64,000 nucleotides of DNA from Octopus sinensis (GCF_006345805.1 NC_043008.1:67828001-67892000), one strand, 5' to 3'; positions 27,413 to 42,392 are shown, counted from the stretch's first letter. Numbers and translations: made by a program. Notes: generated from the sequence alone by a model not told the origin.

Positions 27413-27615
27413 TATATTACGGAGATATACTTGCATAGCAAGTGACTTGATCTGAGATCGTATGCTGAAACAAAAACAATTGCAGCGTAGAAGGTGTTTA
27501 TAAGCCATTTAAAAATACACAAAAAAAACTGTTAGATTCACTTCAACATTTAAATTTAATTTGTGTCAAAATATTTTCGTCGCTTTGAAACGGCGACCTG
27601 TTCACTGACAAAACT
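27413..27615 (-). mobile_element. ~200 bp dispersed repeat carrying a hammerhead fold (family 'H'), copy 1
   Basis: Closely similar to 56695-56885 over its whole length. Confidence 0.8.
27564..27610 (-). ncRNA. Minimal hammerhead ribozyme fold with G3-C8 core variant
   Basis: TGTCA-GTGAACA-G-GTCGC(cgtttcaaa)GCGAC-GAAA-A(ta)T-TT-TGACA: perfect 5-bp stems I and II, palindromic stem III. Confidence 0.65.
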
Positions 27616-28079
27616 TCGTTTAAGGTGGAAAAGTTATTACCGGCATGTCACAGAAACTTCCAACTACTCCACCCAAATATTATTGATTCAATATTGTTCA
27701 ACTTACATAGAACAAACCCATTTCCTTTACGGTCGTAACGCCCTGAAACTCACACGCATTCACCGCAATTTCAATACAGATCCGGTGTACAAATGATTGT
27801 TTTAAAGAAAAAAATATTAAAAAAAAAACATAACGAAAATACAGACAGACTTACAGCTATCTGACAGACGATTGGCAACAAAACACCCACAGATATAATG
27901 AAGTAAATATTTTGCAGCTTCGGTTATAGAAACCAGTTTTAGTTCAATGGGGAAATAAGTACATTAAGTGAAAAGATGAACTGCAAACAAACCGAAGAAG
28001 TTTCTGTTTCTCGATGTCACAACCATACATCGCTGAAGTCACAGATACAAGGTCAATTTATTTGAAACTTTATGAACCA

Positions 28080-28475
28080 CCAAGAAGGCCTCTAAAAATA
28101 GCAGTCGAATTTTCCTATACTCATTCAACTCCACCTTAAAAAAGAAAAGAGACATATACAATTAGAGTAATTTAGCCCTAGAATCTAGGGCTTAGATACA
28201 TTATATAAGAAGCCAAGACAGGATGATCACGTTTGAAACATCTTTGATCATTAACCTCCAGGATCAAGATTGATCTTCGTCTAAAGAACAATTTATATAT
28301 TTAATGTTCAAGCGAAGCACAAGCATTTGCAATTATTGAGTACGTCTTAAAATATACGGCCTTTTGTCCGAACTCGAAGAAAAAGTCATAGAGAATCATC
28401 TTATAACAAGAGCTGTGTTCCATCCAAGCCCTCTCTCGCTCTCTATCTCTCTCTCCCTCCCTCTCTCTCTCCCTC

Positions 28476-28513
<38 letters not shown>

Positions 28514-28810
28514 TAGGGAAAATATGTGACCTAAATGTTTAATAAGTAGTTATCCCAGAAGAAATAGTTAGTATTTGAATGTGTTTTACGTGACTTCTGA
28601 CCATTATTAAAGAAAAGCTCAACATGGTCGCTCGACCTTCTAGAAATAGCAACCACATATCTCATCACAAATCACACCCTACTGTTTTAAATAAAGGGCA
28701 AGTTAGGTAATGTAGTTTTACATATACTCCAAAAAAGATGAGATAGTCACGACTGGAAAGCCTTTGAGCCTGGAGCTGCTAGATCACGCTTAACTTGGGG
28801 CTAAATTACA
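28080..28810 (+). repeat. Two degenerate copies of another dispersed repeat ('G') either side of a (CT)n tract
   Basis: cta.aaatagca...gatgagatagtcacgactgg...cttt.a...ggggctaa; a related piece lies at ~52685. Confidence 0.35.
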
Positions 28811-29187
28811 AGAGTAACTGTATTACTATGAATCGTGTCACTGATTTCATTTATTGTATATAACTCTAGGTTCAGCAAGTATATGACAAGTTGAATAGTG
28901 TTGACTAGAGACTTTATATGCTAAATAACTTGCTAAACCAAAATTAGTTCAAGGAAACAAAATTAAAACATTTACTTTTATTATATTTTACCTCAAAATC
29001 GTTGGTAACAAGACTTGCACTTCCTAACTTTAGTGGTTTCTTAGATACACAATCACTCGGACGCTGAGACAATCAATTGACCCAACGAATAAACCTGCAA
29101 GCAAACATGACACAACAAGTGTCAGTAATTGTTTTGGGTGAAGGGTGTATTACATGGAGTGGTTGTTGTTACTGGTATACATATGCC

Positions 29188-29420
29188 CAAGGCGGCGAGC
29201 TGGCAGAGTCGTTAGCACGCCGGTCGAAATGCTTAGCGGTATTTCGTCTGTCGTTACGTTCCGAGTTCAAATTCCGCCGAGGTCGACTTTGCCTTTCATC
29301 CTTTCGGGGTCGATAAATTAAGTACCAGTTACACACTGGGGTCGATGTAATCGACTTAATACCTATGTCTGTCCTTGTTTGTCCCTTCTATGTTTAGCCC
29401 CTTGTGGGTAATAAAGAAAT
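29188..29420 (+). mobile_element. Full-length SINE family A with 15-bp TSD
   Basis: TGGTATACATATGCC at 29173-29187 and 29421-29435. Confidence 0.92.
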
Positions 29421-30319
29421 TGGTATACATATGCCTCGGATTTTTACTGTTATTTCAACGAAACTATTGCTAGTTATTGGTAGATTTCAACCCATAATTA
29501 TTGGAATACTTGGTTGCAAGACTAACTGCCTCACTTTCTTGAGAAACTGGGATTCTCAAAACCAGACAGAACATGCCTAATCAAACGATTCAGATATAGT
29601 CTAATAAGTACTGCCGAAATATGTAAAAGATACAGAAAATCTAGCTAACAAGTTTACAATTATGTCAGGGTCTATATGTACATGTGCATGTAAGTATGTG
29701 GGTCTATGCGTGTTCATGTGAATACATCTGTGCTTGCATGCATACATCCCATACTTCCATGCACACATGCATACATACATACATACATACATACATACAT
29801 ACATACATACATACATACGTACGTACGTACGTACGTACATACATACATACATACATACATACATACATACATACATACATACATACGTACGTACGTACAT
29901 ACATACATAAATACATACATACATACATACATACATACATACATACATACATACATACATACATACATACATACATACGTACGTACGTACATACGAGATG
30001 ACCTTGTAGAAGTCTGAATTCAAATATACAAAGCCATTAAACTCGGCTAGAAACCGGCTGCTTCTACATTGGTGAGAATTTCAAACAGCAAAACCATAAA
30101 AGCATGCATGCATACACATTTGTGTGTACTTGTCTGTAGGCGTATATAATTAATTGTAACTGTTATTATCGACGTATGTGTACATAAGTGCACACGTATA
30201 AACATATTTATCGATACTGGTGTGCTCACGGGCATCAGGTGCGCGGGTGCTGCGTATTATGGGTGCGGCTGAAACAGTGGTACATTCTAGTAGTAGTAGT
30301 AGTGGTGGTGGTGGTGGTG

Positions 30320-30398
<79 letters not shown>

Positions 30399-30482
30399 CA
30401 GTTTCTACTGTACCACTGTTTCAGTCGCATAGTCTTCACTATTAATTCTGCCATGAAGGGAAACCATTGGGCCGGTGGATTT

Positions 30483-31025
30483 ATCCTCCTCCATGTTTAA
30501 CAGTTGGAAGAAGGTAGTCTGGATCAAATGCTTCTTTTGGCTGTCTCCACACGTATACTCGGTCGGTGGTCGGAAATAAAGTAAAGGAGGACTGGCCCGA
30601 GAAAATAACATTCTTCCACTGCTCTAGGGACCAATTCTGTAGGTTTTTACTCCACTCTAAATGCTTTGCAACGTTTTGTTTTTTTAAGTAGCGGTTTTCT
30701 CATTGCAGTCCTCTTGTGAAATCCGGCTTTGTGTAGCTACCGGCAAACAGTTTTTGTGGAAACTGGATTTTTGAGGTGGACATTAAGCTCTACAGTAATT
30801 TTGGGAGCTGTCCTTTCGTGATCCTTTCAAACAATTTGCGTAAGAGCCGACGATTCCCAGCTGAAAAGTTTGGTTTTCTTTCGGAGTTTTGTTTCGACGA
30901 GGAGGTTTTTTCCTCTTTCTCAAAGGCTATCATTACTTTCGAGGCAGTTCTTGTTGATAAACCAAACATTTCGGCTGTTTCGTTACGCTAGCGCCTGCCA
31001 TACGAGCACCAATAATTTGATCTCA
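30483..31025 (-). pseudogene. Tc1-like transposase N-terminal half
   Basis: IIGARMAGASVT...TAPKITVELN...LHKAGF...RKPLL...WKNVIFS..SSFTLF...VWRQPKE...PTVKHGGG. Confidence 0.85.
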
Positions 31026-31029
31026 ATAC

Positions 31030-31060
<31 letters not shown>

Positions 31061-31092
31061 TGTATGTATGTTATGTATGTATGTATGCATGC

Positions 31093-31128
<36 letters not shown>

Positions 31129-31238
31129 ACACTTTTTGCAAAATTTTCACAAACTTATAACTCAGAGTTTCCCGTTCCCGCTCGTCGGACATTTGTAATG
31201 AAATATATATATATAGATAGATAGAGAGAGAGAGAGAG

Positions 31239-31272
<34 letters not shown>

Positions 31273-31656
31273 CTCAAGCACACACACACACACACACAGA
31301 TATCTCCCGGGAATTTTGCGTTCTTGAAAATCCCGCGCAATTCCATAATGTGAAACTTATTTACTCATTCATTTGCAAGTTACATTCATGGAAGCCAATG
31401 AACATGGAAATCCATGGGGAACGCCACAGTAAGAGTACAGAGAACTCTGAGTACACATATACATAGTTACTCTGTCGAGATTTTTTTCAATAGAATCTTT
31501 CAGTTACGGGAACGTAAACACACACTCCCATACACACACATACTCACGCACATACTCGCACGTATACATACATACATACATACATACATACATACATACA
31601 TACATACATACATACATACATGCATGCATACATACATACATGCATACATACATTCA

Positions 31657-32033
31657 TTTATTCTTTTATTGGTTTCAGTCATTTAACTGCGGCCATGCTA
31701 GAACACCACCTTTTGTCGAACAAATCGACCCCAGGACTTATTATTTGTAAGCCTAGTACTTATTCTATCGCTGTCTTTTGCTGAACCGCTAAATTACGGG
31801 GACGTAAACACACCAACATCGGTTGTCAAGCGAGCGTGGGGGAACACAGACACACAAACATATATACATATATATATATATTTACGACGGGATTCTTTCA
31901 GTTTCCGTCTACCAAATCCACTTACAAGGCTTTGGTCAGCCCGAGGATCTACTAGAAAACACTTGCCCAAGGTGTGACCACGCAGTGGAACTGGTAATGT
32001 GGTTAGAATGCAAGTTTTTTGTCACACAGCCAC
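31657..32033 (-). mobile_element. SINE family B
   Basis: Reverse complement of the family B sequence. Confidence 0.85.
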
Positions 32034-32098
32034 GCATGTGTGTGCGTGTGTGCGCGCACGCGCGTGCGTGTGTGCGCGCGCGCGCGTGTGTGTGTGTG

Positions 32099-32134
<36 letters not shown>

Positions 32135-32269
32135 TGTGTGTGTGTGTGTGAAAGGCGTCCACACAATTCCCTCCTTCCCACCATACTCTCTCAAAAGCAT
32201 TGGGCTTCCTGGGGACTTAGTAACGTATTTGCGTTTGTGTGCGTATGTATGTCCATTCTTTAAGAAGAA

Positions 32270-32720
32270 CATGTGTTTTTCTTGCTCAAGTGTATCTTCG
32301 AGCTTGGTTTTTGTCATCAGAATTAATTAACGATTTTCTATTCATGCGTCAATTGATAAATTATCAGGATATTGATCCAAAAATCAGTAAGCCAGCTACG
32401 AAAAAGTTTTCCGTCTATCTCTTGTACTTAGCTCCCGAAACTGTGGCTCTATCCATATTTGATGACAATGTTCCAGCAGAGGTGAAGGCAAATAATGCTC
32501 AAGTTGTGCTAGAAGCATACAAAGGTGAAGAAGAGGAAGAAGAAAAAAATCAACTGAAGAGGTACATTCTGCACCAAAATAACTTTTCTTCTTTTACAAA
32601 CATGGAGTTTTCGCCTTTTGTAACTCCTGGTACAAAAACATTCTTCACGAGATTTTCTATCAGTGCCGATTTCCTCGACAAAGACCCTTCAACGTGGAAG
32701 GATGATCCAAGTTATTTACT
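32270..32720 (+). pseudogene. C-terminal part of a DNA transposase, possibly hAT/hATm-like
   Basis: AWF...INDFLFMRQLINYQDIDPKISK.A.KKF..YL.YLAPETVALSIFDD...FF.RFSISADFLDKDPSTW..DPSY. Family assignment is from recall only. Confidence 0.5.
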
Positions 32721-33172
32721 TAGAATTGTTATTATCTCATATCTGATTAGTCTGTTATTACATTACATGCTTCACAATTTTAGTATACATACCTTCTTAA
32801 TATTTCCTCCTATGTTCTGTATACACTGAGGACGCATTAAAGCCTTTTTCGGAGCTACTTTATTTGAATTATTACTATCGGATAACTAATTTCATGTTAT
32901 TACATACGTGACACCGCAATTTGGATATTCATAAATTATTGAGAATTCCTAAAAACAAGATCCTGTGTAAGACAGTTCGGTATTCTCTGTAAAAGAACAA
33001 AAACCATTTTAAGGGCTACATACTTTGTATTGTTGTTATTGGATTAGTAAGTCAATTATGAGAACGGAACCAAGGGATAAGCCCCGCTTTCCAGGGATTT
33101 ACCGTTTACGTCAGCTAGTATATATATATATGTATATATGTGTGTGTGTGTGTGCGTGTGTGCGTGCGTGTG

Positions 33173-33246
<74 letters not shown>

Positions 33247-33305
33247 AGTATGTGTGTATGTATATATTATCTACATATACATATATATATATGTATGCAT
33301 ATATG

Positions 33306-33338
<33 letters not shown>

Positions 33339-33423
33339 TATATATATATATATATGTATATATATACATATATATATATATATAATTATACGCATATATG
33401 TATGCATATATGTATATATATAC

Positions 33424-33485
<62 letters not shown>

Positions 33486-33501
33486 ATGTATATATATGTA
33501 T

Positions 33502-33535
<34 letters not shown>

Positions 33536-34517
33536 ATAATTATACACATATATGTATGCATATATGTGTGAGGAATGCAAAGAATTCTAAGATCTCGTAC
33601 CAGCTGATGTGCTGGGTATTGAGAGTGATCAGCAGAAACACTTGGGCACTTGTAAAGCCTTTCTAATTGATGTGTATTGTAGGGAATGTCCCACACCTGT
33701 GAGGTTTATAAGTTAAAACAATGCCTGCTTTCAATTTTCGCATAAGTGTACGTGTTGAGTAGGCATGTATGTGTGTGCGTGCGACTGTGTGTGCGTGCGT
33801 GTGTGTGTGTGTGTATGTGTATGTGTGTGTGTGTGTGTGTTTGTAAAACAAATCATAGTCTATTGTAACACGGATTTTCTTTTGTATTATTATGAATGAA
33901 GAGGAGTGTGCTACCGGGGAGCGTGCCAGGGATTGTTCATGAATATGTAAAGTATGTATGAATAAACGTATGTATATACATATATATGTATATGTGTTTA
34001 TATAAATATATGTGTGTGTGTGTATATATAAATATATATATATATATATGTATGTATGTACGTATGTATGTATGTATGTATGTATGTATGTATGTATGTA
34101 CGTATGTATGTATTTATGTATGTATGTATGTATGTATGTATGTATATGTACGTATGTATGTAGGTAGGTGTAGTTCGTGTATGTATGTATATATATAAGT
34201 ATGTATATGATTGTATTTATGCACATATTCATTCATGTGTATGTATATGTATACATATAGCTCTGTGTGTGGGTGAAAGTGTGTGTGTGTGTGTGTGTGT
34301 GTATGAAAGGGTGAAGTAGGAAGCAGCCGGCAACGTAAACAGGTTACATATGTCACATTAATTGTTTCCATACTTTCATTGTGCTTTATTCTTCCGTGAC
34401 GGAAGTGCAGCACTTGTTAGATATTCTGTTGTTGTGTGTGTGTGTCTCATATATACATACATACATACACACACACAGATATGTATGTTTGTATGTATGT
34501 ATATATACGTTTATATG

Positions 34518-34562
<45 letters not shown>

Positions 34563-34664
34563 TTGTGTGTGTGTATGCCTGTATATATATATTCATATTT
34601 ATTTATGTATTGTATGTATGTATGTATGTATGTATGTATACATATATGCGTGTATCTATAAACA

Positions 34665-34900
34665 CAGACATGACAGAAGTAAATAGATATTCCCTTATAA
34701 TCGCTAAAGTTGATCCAGATCTGAAATTATGCATTCAAATTACTCATTAATTATTATTATGTGAATATCTAATATTTAGTAGACATGCCCTTTGTATTTT
34801 TCAGTGCAAAGACCCTATTAGGCATGCTGATCAGATGACGAATATTCTTTTGAGGAATTTCTTGCCAAATTTCATGCAGTAATCTCAAAAAGTCTGTCCA
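34665..34900 (+). mobile_element. Tc1-like 5' terminal fragment related to 3435-3958
   Basis: Shared atgacagaagtaaataga terminus. Confidence 0.35.
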
Positions 34901-34921
34901 GTTTATTTACGAGGGTGAGAA

Positions 34922-35588
34922 ATCCCGAGTTGACATCTGCTCTTCACTCCATTCTCGCGAACTCATTTCACCTTTTTTGGATAGACTTGTGACTGATGAC
35001 GGAAAATGCATCATCTATCGAAATGTTAAACGTCGTAAACAGTGGCTTAGTAAAAGGGAAAAAGCTCAAGCACAACCGAGAAGGGAACTTCATAGAAAAA
35101 AAGTTCTTCTCTCTATCTGGTGGGATTGCAAAGGAGTAATTCACTTTGATTTGTTATCACTTATTGCAACAATCAATGCTCAAGTCTACTGTCAGCAATA
35201 AGAGCGTTTGAACCAAGCTTTGAAGAAAAAAAGACCCACTTTAGTGAATCGAAAAGGAGTGATGTTTCATCAGGATAATGCGCAACCCCACACTGCAAAG
35301 ATCATATCACAGAAGATCGAAGAGCTTGGTTGGGAAAAAATTCCTCATCCAACTTATTCTCCCGACCTACCTCCTTCAGACTACCATTTGTTTCGTAGTT
35401 TACAGAATCATTTGGGAGACATAACTTTCGCAAGCCAAAAGACTTTTACATTGATGGGATTAAAAAGTTTGTAAATAGATGGAAGGAAGTCATAGATAAT
35501 CAGGGAAGGTACATTGATGATTAAATACAACATCTGATCACTTGTTTTCTTTATTCAAAATTCGGACAGAAATTATGGGATGACCTGA
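34922..35588 (+). mobile_element. 5'-truncated mariner (DD34D) with right TIR
   Basis: FLDRLVTDDGK..Y.N...KKVLLSIWWD...FHQDNAQPH...(34 aa)...PSDYHLF; ends ATGGGATGACCTGA|TA. Confidence 0.88.
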
Positions 35589-35744
35589 TAGTATAGCGTA
35601 CCTTAATATCATTACAGTTGTACCATATCGTATTCTTTTTATTATGTCCCTTCTTATCTTTTTCTCGTATGTATGTATGTATGTATTGTATGTATGTATG
35701 TATGTATGTATGTATGTATGTATGTATGTATGTATGTATGTATA

Positions 35745-35801
<57 letters not shown>

Positions 35802-36346
35802 ATATATATATGTATGTATATATATATATATAGTGTATGATTAATTCATAGGATGAAGTTCTACAAATCATATTTGTCAAAATGGAGGAGATAAGATGTT
35901 AAAAATTTGTAAGAGGTTTATTCATGCATACAATCGTTTCGTACATAGATATAAATTCATTTTAGATCATATCATACATAGATATAAATTCATTAGGCAG
36001 TCAGGTAAACAGATGAGCAATGAACAATCAACAGATTATCAACAAGTGAAATTCCTAATCAAAAAGTCAGTATTTCAGAAATTTCAGCGGAATATTTCAG
36101 AAAGTTGAGTGTCTCCACGCTGTCAGGAAAAAATTGTAGGATAAGGTCGTAAGTAGAAAGATAGTTGGGGATATTATGACCTATAAGAAGTTATTAAACC
36201 AAGCGTGCTCGCCTACAAAGGAGAGTAGAGGCAGAACATATCCAATTATAGTTAATAGTAGGCAAACATTTAACGCTATCGAGACAAGTTATTCTTCGAT
36301 GTGTACTAGAGGTGGTCAAACTCTGCATAAGGAGTAAACAGCCACA

Positions 36347-36725
36347 ATGTATGTATGTATGTATGTATGTATGTATGTATGTATGTATGTATGTATGTAT
36401 GTATGTATGTATGTATGTATGTATGTATGTATGTATGTATGTATGTGTGTGTATGTATGTATGTATGTATGTATGTATGTATGTATGTATGTATGTATGT
36501 ATGTATGTGTGTATGTATGTATGTATGTATGTAGGTAGGTATGTATGTATGTATCTATGTATGTATGTATGTATGTATGTGTGTATGTATGTAGGTAGGT
36601 ATGTATGTATTATGTATGTATGTATGTATTATGTATGTGTGTATGTATGTAGGTAGGTAGGTATGTATGTATGTATGTATGTATGTATGTATGTATGTAT
36701 GTATGTAGGTAGGTCGGTCGGTCGG
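36347..36725. repeat. (GTAT)n microsatellite
   Basis: Direct read. Confidence 0.95.
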
Positions 36726-37682
36726 TCGGTATACTCTCACATTAACGTGGTCCGTGTCAAAGATTTTAACATTATGAGGTTTCTTTGAGTATGGAATTAA
36801 TTATACAAGCATTAAAGTGTAGTATGAGAGGATTAGCATGGAAGCAGTAGTGACACTTTGCTCCAGGTATTCGAAGATAGATACAGGTAGAGCTAAGCCG
36901 GAAGCAGAAGTAAGAGTAATCAGTTAATAGAAATGAAAGTGTGAACTTAAAATCAGTAAAATTATCTCAATCGGTATTACCTATTTACTTTTTTAATTGC
37001 ACTCTTTTTACCTGTCATACTTTGGGGGTTAAATATGATATTTTTAGGAGGTGCTATGACATCTCCAGACATGTTCTGATCGTTTCAGTGAAGCATAGTC
37101 GTCTTCAATCTGCTTTGATTATTAGACAGCATTTTCTCAAATACAAAAAATATCGTCTCATTTTCATTTGCCTGTTCATCTATCTATCTGTTTAGCTAGC
37201 TAGATATCTAACTATCTATCTATCTATCTTTCTATCTACCTCACTAACAGACTGACGAACGAATGAACGAACGAGCGAACGAACAAGAGGCTTGGGAGGA
37301 AGTTAGAAATTCAAGTTTCAATGAGATTTGAGAAAAATTGCGATCAAATATATACAAGGAGGAACATAAGATCGAGGATATAACAGTCCGTATCAAACCT
37401 GTGACGTTGGATGAGGGATTTCAAGGTGTTAAAGAAGAGGATATTTAGAATATATTGCTTACTATTTAATGTGACTCGTACCGTAAGGAATTATCAGAAC
37501 CACTTTCTTGTTCCGATAGTGAACTACGGATACCTTTATGATCGGTGTTAACAACAGATTGTAGAGGAATCCGTAGATTAAAAGCCTTCGTAAAATAACT
37601 CCTGCCTTAAAGCGAGTTTCCATAAAAGATACAAATGTTGGACAAAATATGAGAGTCAAGCAATATTAATGTTAGCGCTAAA

Positions 37683-38290
37683 AAAGGCGGCGAGCTGGCA
37701 GAATCGTTAGCACGCCGGGCGAAATGCTTAACGGTATTTCGTCTGCGTTACGTTGTGAGTTCAAATTCCGCTGAGGTCGACTTTGCCTTTCATCCTTTCG
37801 GGGTCGATTAAATAAGTACCAGTTACGCATTGGGGTCGATATAATCGACTTAAACCGTTTGTCTGTCCTTGTTTGTTCTCTCTGTGTTTAGCCCCTTGTG
37901 GGTAGTAAAGAAATAGGTATTTCGTCTGTCGCTACGTTCTGAGTTCAAATTCCGCCGAGGTCGACTTTGCCTTTCATCCTTTCGGAGTCGATTAAATAAG
38001 TACCAGTTACGCACAGGGAATCGACTTAATCCCTTTGTCCTTGTTTGTCCCCTCTATGTTTAGCCCCTTGTGGGCAATAAAGAAATTAGAATCCTTAGCA
38101 CACCGAACAAAACGCTTAGTGGTATTTCGTCCAACTTAAGGTTCTCTGTTCAAAGTCCGCTGAAGTCGACTTTGCCTTTCATCCTTTCGAGGTTGATAAA
38201 ATAAGTACCATTTGAGCACTGGAGCCGATGCAATTGACTTAACGCCTCCCCTGAAATTACTGACACTGTGCCCAAATTTGAAACCAATGT
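37683..38290 (+). mobile_element. Three head-to-tail family A SINE units
   Basis: Full unit to ~37917, headless unit to ~38088, third unit ending in tail 2 (ctgtgcccaaatttgaaacc). Confidence 0.85.
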
Positions 38291-38503
38291 TAGCACTGAA
38301 ATATTGAGAAGGATTAAATGGTCGTACGAAGGTAAAGCTGTTAACCCTTCATGCCTTCTTTCACAGTACCATGTTTACTTTTTACTGCTTTATATTTTTA
38401 ATGACTGCATAGAGAAAATGTGCATATTCTTTTGTTATTGAGGCACATATAATTTTGTTCATTTTTTTTTCTGTAGATATATGTGTACATGTGGGTATAT
38501 GTA

Positions 38504-38562
<59 letters not shown>

Positions 38563-38814
38563 AGAGAGTAGGCCTACAGTGATTTTAAATATGTACGTAT
38601 ATTTTTCACTAATTAAAATATCTTTTACTGTCCTCTAATAATTAAGTTTCTGATAGAGAAATCAAAAAGAGGAAAATATAAATTTGTTAATTGAGGAATT
38701 GGTGTTAATTCAGAGTCTTTATTGTATTTTTCTTTGAGGCCTAAATCTAATTTTTCGAAATACTGATTGTCTCAAATGAAACAAACATGTCACGATGGAT
38801 GATTTAGGGAATGA

Positions 38815-39995
<1,181 letters not shown>

Positions 39996-40088
39996 GTATT
40001 TATGTATGTATGTATGTACACATATATAAATATATATATATATGTATGTTTGTATGTATGTATGTATGTATGTATGTATGTATGTATG

Positions 40089-40148
<60 letters not shown>

Positions 40149-40799
40149 TATCAGAATACTCGTGTACATAGATATACGCACTCATACATACATACATACA
40201 TGCATACATACATACATACATACATACATACATACATACATACATACATACATACATACATACATACATACATACATACGCACGTACGTACGTACGTACG
40301 TATTACATACGAAACATATTACATACATATTACATACATATATGAAAATGAGTTGCTGATGTTAATAATTAGTAATCAACAGTCAACTTCCTGTGAGAGG
40401 CCATATTTGTTATGTTGTTTCTGTTTAAGATGGGTTTTTTTTTGTGTGATTTCTCATCTCACACACTTCCTCTCTGCCATATTAGATGTGCTGATGTCAA
40501 TTTCAATAATTAAAGACTATTTCTAGAATCTAATGCATCAACTTAACCACATCGCCTACCTTTCATTTTCCTTCCGTCTCAGAATCCTCTTATCTCTCAT
40601 TCCAATCCTTTATCGACAATCTGTCACTCCGAACCTAGTCCAATCCTTTACTGATAAAAATCAACATTGTAATTTTTCGTTTCGCTTCATCACCACCACC
40701 ATCACCATTGCCACCACCCCTTTTATTAACTTTCCCAATTCCGCATCCGTGTAAATCCATGTCCTGTCCTCTCCTAAAACTACGTCCTGCTTTGACAGA

Positions 40800-42380
40800 A
40801 ATCTTAACCACATCGTGTGTAATCCGGCTATCCATATCCGGCAATTCAACAGTTGGAACCATGCAACAACTCATTACTGCTGGTTTACAGCGTGTTAAAG
40901 AGAAAAAGAAGACATTTAAACCAAGAAATATTTTTAATATCGATGAAACGAGTTTACTTTTCGCCAATTACCTAATAAATCGCTTACTACAAAAACTTTT
41001 ACCAAAGGTGTCAAAAAGCAAGAAGAAAGACAGTGGCGCTAGCTTGTAATGCTGGTAATGCTGATGTCTGCGAAAATCTACGAAAAGTGTCCAAACTCCG
41101 ATGTTTTAAGAATTTCATAGACAAACTTTATATAGATTACGACTACAATAGCAAAGCTTCCATGAACTCAAATACGTTGAGAAGCTGGATGATAGCTATT
41201 GATAAGAAAATGCGCCTTCAGCGACGAAAACTTTTGCTGATAATGGACAATGCCCTTAGACACGACATACCCGATAAACACACCAACGTAGAAATTCACT
41301 TTCTTCCACCAACAACAATGTGCCACCTACAACCCCTAGACGCCGGAATAATTCACAACTTCAAATCTAACTACAAACGGCATCAGCTAGACCAGGTAAT
41401 CACTCAACTAGACGAAAGCGGTACTTATAACATCACTGATGCTATTCGATACGTCAAAAAATCTTGGGATTCTGTGACATTATCTGCTATTTCTAACTGC
41501 TGGCACTACACTGGTCTCACCCATAAACCCGAAAGCACAGACAGAAGTTGAAAACGGTGATGACGACATCAATATACCACTAGCTGAACTGATTAAACAA
41601 ACTGCTACTAAACTTAATACTGACCCTTCATTGGTGATGACTGCAGATGAGTTCATTAGCTTCGATGACGATAAAAAAAACTTTTGCTGAGATGACCGAT
41701 CAAGAAATTATTGACTCGCTAAAACCGCTAGAACAAAGTGATGACAAGGAACCCGCACCAAAATCTAAACCTACAACTAAAGATATAAGTAAAGCTCTGA
41801 ATCTTCTTCGTGATTCGATAGAAGCAGAAGATATGACTACCGAAGATTAATTACTTTTAGAAAAATTAGAAAAACGTTTTAATGCTATTAAAAATTCGAA
41901 ATATAAGCAAAAAATGTTAGATTTTTTCACGAAATGATTTTTTAAAATCATTTGGGTTCTTTATTGTTTATCATTAAACTTTATTTGCTCAACAATGAAA
42001 CATTTGTTAAAATATTTCAACTAAAATCTGAAAGATAATCACATCAGATTATAATTGATGTTATAACAGGGGAGCAACTAGCAGAGAGGAGGGGAGACGG
42101 GCAAGAAGAACAATGTCTTCTTTTTCCTTCCCCTCTCAAATTCCAACTTCATCCCTTTCTTTTTGAAGTTTTTATATGAAAATTTTGTTTACACTTCAAA
42201 AATCTGGTTTTTCCCATTCCCCACTTTCCAAAAGTTAGCTACGCTACTGTGTTATAAAAAATATTTACTATATGATTGGCTTTATATCTACTGCAGAAAT
42301 CCTCCCTCAATTTACCGCCACCCGCGTTAAACCGTCATTTGTCATGGTCCCGTTGGTAGCGGTATAACGATGGTGGACTG
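40800..42380 (+). mobile_element. pogo/Tigger-family transposon (DDE_1 domain), degenerate, with right TIR
   Basis: NIFNIDETSL...LACNAG...LLLIMDNA..H...FLPPTTMCHLQPLDAGIIHNFKSNY...ISNCW; ends CGGTATAACGATGGTGGACTG|TA. Confidence 0.85.
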
Positions 42381-42392
42381 TATATATATATG

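Noticed and set aside
33595-33660. CTGATG-TGCTG...CAGCA-GAAAC hammerhead-like string
   Set aside because: A9 is missing and there is no stem I pairing.
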